Assembly: GCF_963921235.1 (NCBI RefSeq)
Contig: NC_086097.1
Coordinates: 154,878,001 to 154,942,000, forward strand
Direction of reading: 5' to 3'
DNA length: 64,000 nucleotides
Origin: Mobula hypostoma
Taxonomy: Eukaryota
Positions within the stretch are counted from its first letter, which is position 1. Each line of letters starts with the position of its first letter. The translations under genes and the position numbers were made by a program. The notes under the pieces were generated by a model, which saw only the letters and a program-made list of their open reading frames with translations, did not search any database and was not told the origin of the DNA. Positions 35,996 to 47,349 of the stretch are shown piece after piece.

Positions 35996-37476
35996 GAAAT
36001 ACTGAGAAATAGAAATACTGTAAATCAAATTTACCTTCCAAGTTCCAACTGAGACTCAAAGCCCAACACCAGCAAATTGTGATATTTTTAAGGTATCACA
36101 AAATTAAGCCCAGAAATTGCTTTCCTTCCATTTTGATTTGTCCAATATATGCTATGTTTTTTTTGGAATAATGTTAAATTGGGAGTTGTCAAATAAGTTG
36201 ATAAATTAGAAATTTTCTTCCTTTAAGAAATAGTGATTGTAGTTTATCCTAGTTAAGAGAGCAAACATGTTCACAGCTGTCAGATGCTGTCGGAGCTCAC
36301 AGCTGTTGGCTCATCCATTATGGTTTGCATCAGCGACATTGATATTATTCCTCAAAGAGAATTGCAAAGGGGTGAGAGAAATATAGAGCTCGGGGGGCAG
36401 AAGACATTGAAGGAAAATAAGGAATGGGGAGAAGTTGAGGGAGTTTGGATGGGCATAAAGTGAAGGAATTAAAGTGCAGTAAGCAATGAAGAGTTTACTA
36501 GGGCCTTTCGTGATACAGTGGCGTATGTCATTGGGCACTATGTGCTGAAAGTTGCTGCCATTTGTCACTGGTGCTCAGCAGCAAAATCAATGAAATCAAT
36601 CAGTTTGGGAAGTGAGTGCAAATAAACGAAAAGTGTAATCCTTTAATTCACCTATTGTTCCTCCTTGTTTTTATATTTCTTTTGAACTTTGCTGTTACTG
36701 TCAAGACCATTCATGGCAGTCATAACTCCCCTTTAGTAGATGGCTGTGAGCCACTGTCCCGAACTGCTGCAACCCTTCCAAGCAGGGCTTCCATTCAGCA
36801 AGGGGTCCACGGTCCCCAGGTTGGAAACCCCCATTCTCGAGTCAATACTCCCTGAGGAGGGAGTTCAGGTCTTACACTGAATGACAATGGGGGACCGGTG
36901 AAATGTTTTCAGATCAGGATAGTTTGCTACTTGGTGGGGAGTGGTGGCAATGGGCACAAGCACTTGAAAACTGCTGAAAAGACATTTTCTTTGCAAGATT
37001 CATGCTGCTCCTTTGCTTTAGTTGTGTAACTGAAAGATCAATTAGCTATGACATTCAAAACCTGCAGGTACTAACATTCATGTCAATCTATTAGTTTGGA
37101 TCATAACTCCATAAATGCTCATAAATTAAAGAATTCAATTAAAGATTGGAATAATTTACATAAAAGATTTCAATACAAACCCTTTAGAACTGATACACAG
37201 TGCATACGTTTCTAAGTCAGAATCCTTGGCAGTCTTTCATTATTGGTTCTTACAGTTTCATTACTGTTAATAAAACGTAGTCGTCAACAGTTGCAACAAT
37301 ATACTTGGTCAAGCTCATTCACATGAAATCCTGATCAACTCAGAATACATTGGAATCTGGCATTTCGAAATTAAATGATAGAGGCTATCCTGAGTAAAAG
37401 AACATTGAAAGAGATACCAGTGAATGAATTCTCTTCATATATTAAAATATGATTATCCAGCAAAAGGCAAACTGAC

Positions 37477-37521
37477 CTTTGGGCCTCTGGGTCCTTGAAA
37501 ACCAGGGAAGCCCTGATCACC
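37477..37521 (-). CDS. COL22A1: Collagen XXII alpha-1 exon, 45 nt, GDQGFPGFQGPRGPK
   Basis: tcacag acceptor, gtcagt donor, five Gly-X-Y triplets, phase 0-0. Confidence 0.92.
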
Positions 37522-37799
37522 CTGTGAATATTATAACAGAAAAAGAGAGTAAACTCAAATTACTGTTGTAATTTGACACCACATCAGCCAATTTGTGCAA
37601 CCAAATATCCATGAACAGCGAATCTGCTTTAGTGATTAATGCGATAGGTGAATATTTGCCAGCAGACTACAGTAAAATCTTGTGTTGTTTTAAAACTTAG
37701 TGACAGGGACTCCTTAACTCTACATCAGAAAATAATAGAGACTTTATTTTACATTTAATTAGAAAGATGTCAACTGTGTCATCAGCCTTCAGCTGTTTC

Positions 37800-39000
37800 T
37801 TACATGGAAACACAAATAGGCCCTTTGAGCCTGCAGTATTTTGCATAGGATCATGACTGTTTCGGTACCATATTTCTACCCACTCCTGATAGCCCTCGAT
37901 GGCCCGAAGTGCCTGCTTCTGTGCTGCAGTGCTCTCTGGCTCTATATTTCGATAGCCATCTCTCCTGAAATATATTCAATGAATTTGCCATATCCTTCTG
38001 TAGTCCTTACTATAATCTGAGCACAGAGACATCCCTTTCCTCAATCTATTTCATTTCCTAAATTTATGAACATCTGTCCCAGATACCCAGTTAGGTTAAT
38101 CATCCTTCCTAAATCAGCCTATACATTTCAATGAGATTCCAAACACTAGTTAACCCAATCCTCAGGTGACTATCACACCATTCCAGAAAATAGTCTAGTA
38201 AACTTTTTTGGCACTCTCTACATGGCAGGTATATATTTTCAGGTAAGGAGATCAAAATTGCACACAATACTTCAGGTGTGGATTCACCAACGCCCCGAGT
38301 AATTGACGAAAGACATCTTTGCTCATGTATGTAAAACGTTTTACAACGAAAGCCGATACACTGTCTTAACTAGTTGCTACACCTGTTTGCTATCACTGCA
38401 CAAGGACTCCCTTTGAATATCAATATTTCTAACAAATTAAACACTACATTTTTGTTTTTCCCATCAAAGGGAATAACATCATATTTACCCTACTAAGATA
38501 TTAAGTAAACCGTTCTCTGTATCATCTTTTTCTCTCCCCATTTTTGAATCATAGAGTTGCATTAGCCACTGTCCAATCTGCAGGAACTGTTCAATAGTCT
38601 ATAGAAATCTCACAACCAATTAACCCATCAATTCTATAGTTACCACTTGCAGCTTTCTGTGATATGTTCTCTGCAGGTAATCAGCTTTCCATCCTATTAC
38701 CTCCTCTCAAAAAGTGTTCTTGTTGTTAATACAAATTTTCTTTGATTCCTCCATTTCAATAGACAACTTTCTCCCCTGCATTTCTGCTGGGATATTTGTG
38801 TCTCCTTCCATGAAGAAGACCAAATTGTTTCTTTATTTTCTCTATTTCTTTGTCCCACGTTATGACTTCTCCAATTTCTGACTGCAGAGGTCCACATGTA
38901 CCTTCATTATTTTATTGCCTCTACATAAGTTTAGATATTTTTCAGTCTTCATTATGTTATTTGCAACATTAATGTGAATTCCCTTTTGTAGCTTTCAGAT
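37800..39000 (-). mobile_element. Old, heavily decayed CR1 fragments
   Basis: CR1 3'-UTR-like start and reverse complement of the LV.PHLEYCVQFWSP region (CACACAATACTTCAGGTGTGG, about 38260); boundaries approximate. Confidence 0.55.
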
Positions 39001-39871
39001 GTGACACATCCTGTATGGCCAAGCTTTTGAAGTAATAATAGTGGTGACTTTCTACAGTTATATTGTAGATGATGGTTGATTATAAATTACAACTTTAAAA
39101 AGATTTAAATATCCGTGTACATTGAATCTTTGCTTCTTAAATATTTAAATGATAAGGACGCTGCTCAGCCAATTGGGTCCATAGAAATGACCAAAACAGA
39201 GCTAACTCATTGCACCCTCTTTATTCTCTTGTAGTCTTGTAACTTGTCCTTTCTCAAATGCCTAATAATTCTTTAGCCGCCTTTACATTAGTGTGTAATG
39301 TAAATCTACCAGTATATCTTTCGGATGTGGGAGGAAAACACAGCATCTGGTAAACATCTATAAACTTCACACTGACCACATCTGAAGATGCTGGATCTGT
39401 GAGGTAGTGCCAACTAATGTTTCATTTGAAATCATCCATCCGTCAGAATTCTAATTTAGTATTTTGCTCAGTTTCGTGCTGCATGCAGACACAACACAGT
39501 TTCATTAAGAGTTATTTGAACTCACTTTTGCACATCTGGCAGATTACTTACGTAGGTAAAGCATCAATTCCATTTGTCAGACCCTGGATTTTAACCTTCA
39601 GTCCAGATGTGGCAGGAAACTTATTTAACCATGGAGTTTCTGTTCCCTGAATAGAAGTGCTTTTCAAATTCTTTGTTGTTTTCCCAAAAGGGACTCAGTA
39701 ACTTACTCCTCACATAGTAATTCTCAATTTAAACACTCGCAAATGACTGTTCAAAAACAAATTAAACAAGGTTCTATGTTTTGTAGACAGAAGCCTAAGT
39801 TCACCAACCATTCTGCTCCTATCCTTTGTAGTTAATAATGGTTCTCTAATTTAGTCAAATGAGTCCAGTAC

Positions 39872-39988
39872 CTTCTCACCCTTAGTACAAGTACAGTTGA
39901 CCGCCTTTGTACTGTCTACCTCGGCAGGTGGGTGTGGAGGTATTGAAATCTCCAATAAAGGTTGTTGAGTGACAAGTGTAATCTGGCA
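39872..39988 (-). CDS. COL22A1: Collagen XXII alpha-1 exon, 117 nt, CQITLVTQQPLLEISIPPHPPAEVDSTKAVNCTCTKGEK (linker and start of helix)
   Basis: ttgcag acceptor, gtactg donor, phase 0-0; resembles human CQVTVVT..INCSCPAGEK. Confidence 0.92.
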
Positions 39989-41273
39989 CTGCAACACATT
40001 GAGAAAAATAAAGTCAGTGTTATGAGTTAAGGTTAGGACATATAGATATCAATATATCTCAGAAATGAATTTGCAACAAACAATACAGGGATAAATAACA
40101 AATAATCTAGAATGGGGTAGAAAATTATCCCTGGTCCATTGTACAAGATGTGCAATATAGCACAGGCTACCCATTGAACACTGTTTGTGAGATTCATTGC
40201 CATTAATTCCAGTTCAGACAAAATTTTAGGCATAAGCTGCAATTCATAATGATTACTTATGTACGCACAGCTTTTTTATTGTTGTTTTATTTTTCATATC
40301 ATTTGATTGCTGGACACGTCCCACAACTTTATCAAGTGTTATCACCTTACACAGTCAAAGAAGTTCAATTTGACCTTAACTTCCACTTCACTATTGCAGT
40401 TAGTGATTTGGTCTCAACTTTTCATAGCTATTTCCTGTATACAGTACATATCTTCCCTTCCCGCCAACTATCTTTGTTCATCTTTTTCCAAATCAGTTAA
40501 GTGTTTTATTAATTATGTTTCTCATTCCTGGCCTAATGAATGCTTCCAATATTTTCTCTTGCATATGTAGTTTTTGTTTTGAACTTCATCTACTACTATA
40601 TATTTATTTAGTGACACATCGAAATCAGTTATTTACTCATCCAATATCCCATCACATTTCAGTCCGTGATTTAGAAATAAATATTCAGGGAAAATAAAGG
40701 CCTCTCTAATTGTACTCTGCAGCCACCATGCCACCCCACCAGCCTTGTTACTTGAACCCACCAAAAACTGAGTTGCCTGTCTTCACTGCCCTCTTATTTG
40801 TCTTTGTCTCAAGTTTATGACAAATTTTGCCACTATGGCATCTTATTTGAGTAAAACATCAATTTATTCTCTATGAAGTAAATATTAGTTATGTCTGCCT
40901 CATATTTCCCTTAGCTTTAGCTCCCCTGCTCTTTATCTGTACCTCTGTCAGCCCCGGACTGTGACAGCTCAATGTTCTGCTGACTGCCCAGAATCTGCCA
41001 TAAACAGGCTCATCCAGAGTACTGCTGCACTTATCAAACCAAAGTCCCACTCATCTGATAATCTTCCTGCCTTCTGAGCTACAGGATGAAAGCAGTTTTG
41101 GTGAAGAAACAGTTCCACGACACTTTGACACAAGGCCAAAAAGATTAAAAGTTTATAGGAATGCCAAATCTGGGACACTGTAAAACAAATTTCATTTGAA
41201 CAAGTTTTGCTCAAAATTAGCTCTACCATGTTTCAAATCATTTGTCTCCTTGTATACTTTCCTCCTTACTCAC

Positions 41274-41354
41274 TGGGTTGCTGGGTAGATCACAGCAGTT
41301 CTCCAGCTCCGCATCCTTCGCATCGCAATAAATTACAATCCGCTGCAGGTCAAA
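41274..41354 (-). CDS. COL22A1: Collagen XXII alpha-1 exon, 81 nt, FDLQRIVIYCDAKDAELENCCDLPSNP (end of TSPN domain)
   Basis: ttctag acceptor, gtgagt donor; matches COL22A1 FDLQRIVIYCD..AELE.CCD.PS. Confidence 0.96.
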
Positions 41355-41692
41355 CTAGAATAAAGAAAGGAAGCACTCTAGGTTATTTTGGAAGATTGTG
41401 GATGATACTGTGATTTATTCTGAATCTGTTTTCGGTTCCATCCTCTCCTACAGATTGTGCATTGCCTCTCTGAAACCTGGTATGGCTCTGCAGGAGAATT
41501 TGGGCCTTTCATCACACAGCAATCCAAAATGAGAATGAACAATAATATGACGTCATGTAGAAGATGAAAAATAAGATCCAACATTGGTCGATTGAACCAA
41601 AGTAGTTATGCAGTATGGTTTCTATGATTTTATGAATTTTTCTTTAACTATGAAGATGATGACTCATTGCCTCTTCATCACAGTTATGTAGC

Positions 41693-43441
41693 TATTGGAA
41701 TTTCAATTTTCAGTAATATCTAAGTAATATTGTAAATATGTTTTCTAATTAAGCATCCTTTGTTGTTTATATAATTTATTACCAGTTATATGTAAAAGTA
41801 CATGAATGGCATATGTCATCACATCACATGTGAGTTTCTCACAAAGTAAAAACGAAGGTTGCACACATCTCTCAGGCTTCCTTGTCCTTCTTTCAATTTG
41901 TTTTATGTTTTGGAGTTACAAAACATAACAGTGGTGATGAGGAAGTTTTAAATGTATACCTGAGACACCTACCTACCCGGTGAAGTGTAGTGAGACGTTC
42001 GAGTTTTAAAAAAACGCAGACCCTGCTTTTTTGGGAAGGGACAGAAATAGTCGTGTTTTAAAAATAGGTTGTAAACAGACACGATTCACAGGTTCATAAG
42101 CAATAAATACTGGATGATAATAATGAAATTTTTATAAAGCAGGCAGAAATGGTTGGCTACATCAGAAAGATAGGTGCATTCGATTGCCAAAGTACATGTC
42201 ACAGTTGTGCTCCTTTTTAGGATTTGTCAATTACAATAGCAGGTTTCTGCCAAACCGGGCTACTGTGCTCCACCTCCTGAACTCATAACTACAGATTGTG
42301 GAGAAATGGCAATGATCAAAGCAGAGTGAGGTGGCTTTCCAAAAGGTAAAGGAAATGGTGATGTCAGGCACTGTACTCACACATTATGATCCACATCATC
42401 CAGTGAGCCTTGCCTGTGATGCCTCGCCTTATAGGTGCAGTCATGTTACATGTTGTGAGTGGTGGAATTGAATGCCCCATAGCCTTTTCATCATGTTCCC
42501 TTGATGAAATGGTAGAGCAGACTCAATAGGCCAAGCAGTCATGGTGAGGGACTGCGGAAGTGATCAAAAGTGGGTTCTTCGACAGGTTAAGGATAGAACT
42601 GGACTACTCTCCTACACAGTGAATGTCAGGTCTGATGTTATCTGGAGATGACACTTCAATCAGCTGAGGAGAGCAGAGTCAATTGTTAGAGAGGAAAGGT
42701 GTCCAGAGCTGCTGTCAGAACCACTTCCTGCAGAACCTGAGTCTCCTACAACCACCACGGTGGAGGTCCCAGAATCTGAGATTGTTTCACATCTACAAGT
42801 CTGTCCTGCTAAGCAGAGTGACACCCGCGCCCCCCCCCACCCAACCCCCAACACCATCAGGAAAGAAATCTCACAAATGCAAGGAATGCTCCACAGCGAT
42901 TAAATCTTTAGACCTGAATGGGACATTTTAAAAGTTATTATGCTGTGGATTCACAGCATTCTACATTGAGTTGGAGTTTATAGCTAAGCAGGAAGAAGCG
43001 TTGTGTAATATCAGTAATATTTGTGCAATATTGTAAATATTGCAAGGACTCCTTAATTTCATCAGGCAGAATTCACCTAGACTGTTAAGGGTTAAGTTCT
43101 CCATATGTTACATGTTACGTTGTGTGTTATTACATTTTGGGGTTGGGCTCTTTTCTAATATACGATGTCGCCATTTGTTGAGTGGTTCAATAAAGTGTAG
43201 GTTAGAAGTAATTACACTCATGTCGATTTTTGTCTTCACTCCTACAATATATTATTTGATTAAACATTCTTTGTTGTTTATATAATTCATTAGGGGTTAT
43301 ATGTAAAAGTACGTGAATGGTATACTGTATGTCATTACATCACCATGTCATACCTGTGTGCCACAAAGTCTACATGCCTCTCTCAGGTTCCCCTGTTTTT
43401 CTTTCAATTTGTTTTATGTTTTGGATTTACAAAACATAACA
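41693..43441 (+). mobile_element. Internally deleted Gypsy LTR retrotransposon with two diverged LTRs (about 41693-41930 and 42999-43441)
   Basis: Both LTRs end TTACAAAACATAACA; PBS-like GTGGTGATGAGG at 41931; RNase H relic HYDP..LACDASPY..PIAF.S near 42380-42500; purine tract before the 3' LTR. Confidence 0.85.
43041..43246 (+). mobile_element. Short solo LTR (206 bp) nested in the Gypsy 3' LTR
   Basis: TG..CA ends (TGCAAGGA / TCCTACA), internal AATAAA, 4-bp TSD ATAT at 43037-43040 and 43247-43250; absent from the 5' LTR. Confidence 0.7.
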
Positions 43442-43671
43442 ATTAATTGCCCCTGAAATGAGTACTTTCCCATTATTTTAACTTAATTATGACAATTCTT
43501 CATTTGTTAATACCTGTACACTTTCAGCGGGTGGGTGGAATGGAAAAAGAAGAGGAGCAAACTCCAGCCAAAATGACCTTCATTGTCTTTTTGAAATCAG
43601 TAAATCAAGGATCAAACCTGGAGTCTTACTCTGCTTAGCATGTTTAAACCAGTATTTATATGGTATTTATG

Positions 43672-44520
43672 CTGTGGGCAAATTCATGGCAGATGCAATT
43701 TAATGTGGATAAATGTGAAGTTATCCACTTTGGTGGCAAAAATAGGAAAACAGATTATTATCTGAATGGTGGCCGATTAGGAAAAGGGGAGGTGCAACGA
43801 GACCTGGGTGTCATTATACACCAGTCATTGAAAGTGGGCATGCAGGTACAGCAGGCGGTGAAAAAGGCAAATGGTATGCTGGCATTTATAGCGAGAGGAT
43901 TCGAGTACAGGAGCAGGGAGGTACTACTGCAGTTGTACAAGGCCTTGGTGAGACCACACCTGGAGTATTGTGTGCAGTTTTGGTCCCCTAATCTGAGGAA
44001 AGACATCCTTGCCATGGAGGGAATACAAAGAAGGTTCACCAGATTGATTCCTGGGATGGCAGGACTTTCATATGAAGAAAGACTGGATGAACTGGGCTTG
44101 TACTCATTGGAATTTAGAAGATTGAGGGGGGATCTGATTGAAACGTATAAAATCCTAAAGGGATTGGACAGGCTAGATGCAGGAAGATTGTTCCCGATGT
44201 TGGGGAAGTCCAGAACGAGGGGTCACAGTTTGAGGATAAAGGGGAAGCCTTTTAGGACCGAGATTAGGAAAAACTTCTTCACACAGAGAGTGGTGAATCT
44301 GTGGAATTCTTTGCCACAGGAAACAGTTGAGGCCAGTTCATTGGCTATATTTAAGAGGGAGTTAGATATGGCCCTTGTGGCTACGGGGATCAGGGGGTAC
44401 GGAGGGAAGGCTGGGGTGGGGTTCTGAGTTGGATGATCGGCCATGATCATAATAAATGGCGGTGCAGGCTCGAAGGGCCGAATGGCCTACTCCTGCACCT
44501 ATTTTCTATGTTTCTATGTC
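43672..44520 (+). mobile_element. CR1 LINE subfamily 'C', 3' fragment, young
   Basis: ORF 43660-44427 is open to GYGGKAGVGF and nearly identical to the C-terminus of ORF 47941-50493. Confidence 0.95.
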
Positions 44521-45219
44521 AGTTCCAGATATGAGAGTAATCTTGCCAGATCTTTGAAAGCTGCGCAGGAATTGTTTTATCTGATCTGAGAAAGGTATAT
44601 GAGCAAAAACACCAGATCTGCAGTTATCCTTACACTTTCACCTTTTTGACTTGCTGTTTCTTCCAAAATGGTCCTGTTGATTTTTGTTTTTTTTTTCCAT
44701 ATTTGTTTGAGTTTGAAGATCAGGTTAATAAGGGTTCACTCTCACGACAGAAATTAATGACAACATAAACTCACTCATTTGTCTAAAGCTGCATGTTTAG
44801 AGGTTACTGTGTGCATTTATCTAGTACAGCAAATCAGACCACAATATAACTGGCCCACATTTGTACATTATTAGGGAACTGTGGATACAAGTCATAGTCT
44901 CAGAGATTCTTCATCCTTCACAGCAAGAAATGAGACAGTTAGCCTGATGTTCTGAAGGGCTGCTCATATGGTGGGAGGAAATCAGAAATAATGACTGACA
45001 GAGCTCTCAGTTCCAGTGCTGTTCTAATCCTTCTTTTCCTTCTTTTCTTCCCACAGATGTCTCCATGGTGGTAGATTCAGGTTATCCATTCAAGGATCAA
45101 AAGGCCCTTTGGTGTGGCCTTGATTGCTATAAAATGTCCTTATCTGCTGCAGTGTGCAATATATCTTTGGTATGAGCAAGCTGAATGAGTTTGAGGACAT
45201 CTAGTATGTAACCAAAAAC

Positions 45220-45700
45220 TCCAGCAAATTCCTGTCAGTGGAGATCACTGTGGAGAGCAGTTTGGTTTCATCACCTCCTGGTATAGAGGTTACAAGGTAC
45301 AGGATTGAGGGAGGCTGCAGAGGGTTGTGTACTCAGCCGGCTCTATCACAGATACAAGCCTTCCCACCATCAAGGATATCTTCAAAAAACAGTTCCTCAA
45401 GAAGGTGGCATCCATCAATAAAGACCCTCACCATCCAGGCTATGCCCTCTTCTCATTACTACCATCTGGGAGAGGGTACAGGGGCCTTAAAATGCACACT
45501 CGACATTTTCGGGCAGCTTCTCCTCCTGCACCATCAGATGCCTGAATGATCCATGAACCAATTATCACTGCCTCATTATTCCTCTTTTGCACTATTTATT
45601 TTTTACTGTTACTTCTAGTGATATTATGTAGTGTACTGTACTACTGCCACAAAACAACACATTTCACAAATATGTCAGTGATAATCAACCTGATTCTATT
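45220..45700 (+). mobile_element. Old Rex1/L2-type LINE 3' fragment
   Basis: KDPHHPGYALFSLLPSGR.YR motif; tail GATAATCAACCTGATTCT. Confidence 0.7.
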
Positions 45701-45835
45701 TCTGAATACTATGCAATGTGAAAAATGAATGCTTTCCAATCAAACAGGTCAGTGTCTAGAATAACTGATGTACAATCACTTTTAATAAACAATTTTAATT
45801 ACTCTTTTCCAGATGGCAAATAGGATACTACTCAC

Positions 45836-46111
45836 ATCAATTGGAACACTGTCGTACAGGCGTTTGCCAATGACTGTTTTTCCTTGGATATTAATGTTCT
45901 CCCGTTCTTCCATTGGCAGGGTATCAATGAGCTTACAGTCGATGTAGAGGGAAACACTATCCGACTGAATACTCAGTGCCATCTTGTGCCAGTTGCGATC
46001 AAACAAGCTGCTGACTTCTCTGTTTCTGAATACAGTCCTCACAGCATCTTTCCTCAGTCCCACTGCATTATATTCCACAGCTTTGTTTTCACCATCCAAA
46101 CGAATGGATAC
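45836..46111 (-). CDS. COL22A1: Collagen XXII alpha-1 exon, 276 nt, TSPN/laminin-G domain (VSIRLDGENKAVEYNAVG...GKTVIGKRLYDSVPID)
   Basis: attcag acceptor, gtgagt donor, 92 codons, phase 0-0; strongly matches the recalled COL22A1 TSPN sequence. Confidence 0.97.
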
Positions 46112-47349
46112 CTGAATAAATAGAAATTTATCATTAAAAAGATATCATATTTCAGACATGGACCACTGATATCCTGATTCACTCATCACCAATGGCCTGT
46201 GACTACATGTGCATCATTCCATTTCCGGACCTCTATATCCTTAAGTTAAATACCAGCTAACGCTGTGACAACGTCATTGTCTTGCTGTCTCTCAAAATAG
46301 CTGATGGTCACAAAACTCTGAAGAAGTTAAGGATAGGCTGTGCAACAATTCTCTTAACTTTGATTTCATCCTTTATTCTGCCCTTTTCTGAAGTTTTTCA
46401 GTCACGCTTGAGCATAATTTTAAGGACATTCACCTCCTTCCTTTCTTGTACTTAAACTTGAGTTCCAACTAATGATTTAAACATGGAGATCATTGGCAAA
46501 GCCTGAATAGAGTCATAGAGCGTTATAGCACAGAAACAAGCCATTCAGTCCATCTCGTCCGTGCTGAACTGTTATTTTGCCTCGTCCTATCGACCTGCAC
46601 CTGGACCACAACCTTCCATACCCCTCTCATCCATGTTCTTATCCAAATTTATCTTAAATGTTGCAATCAAACCCACATCCACCACTTCTGCTGGCAGATC
46701 ATTGACTTATTTATTATATTATTTATCTATTCATTGAGATAGAGTGTAGAATTGGCCCTTCTGTTCCTTCAAGTCACATTATCCCTGATTTAATCCTAGC
46801 CCAATATTGGTACAATTTACATTCTACTCTCACACAACTCTACGAGTGTCATCTTTGCTGTTCATGGAATATAAAACCATGTAGGGTAGAAGATGGGCCA
46901 CTGATGTGATTCCATCAGTTTTTCTTGGTGTCAATCAAGTTAAATGACTTCAAATAAGTTAGCAGCCAACATTCAGGCTACAAAGAACAGTTGTATGGGG
47001 GAAGAGGAAGATTCATAGATACCATCAAACCCATGGTGAGATGGATGATATAGCAAGTCTATTGTCCCCAAAGCATGGGTGCAAGAATTCTACTCCACCC
47101 ATAACTGCACAGCTCGATGGATACGATTAAAATATTCCTGTTTCAGCTTGGTACAGCGAGAATCACAACTGCTTCCAGGGTCTGTGCAGGTAATAAAGAT
47201 GTCTTAATGTGATTGAATAAACTACTTCTGCTTAAAGTCGACTGAAACAATGCTAATTCTAGTCATATTTCTTGCCAGATTCCACATAGGAAGCGTAGCT
47301 GTAAATCAGGATACAGGTGCATTTAAGGAAATGGCAATTATGACTCCCA

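Noticed and set aside
36795..36835. hAT-like terminal motif GGGGTCCACGGTCCCCAGGTTGGAAACCC
   Set aside because: Only one plausible end and no TSD seen; too short to call an element.
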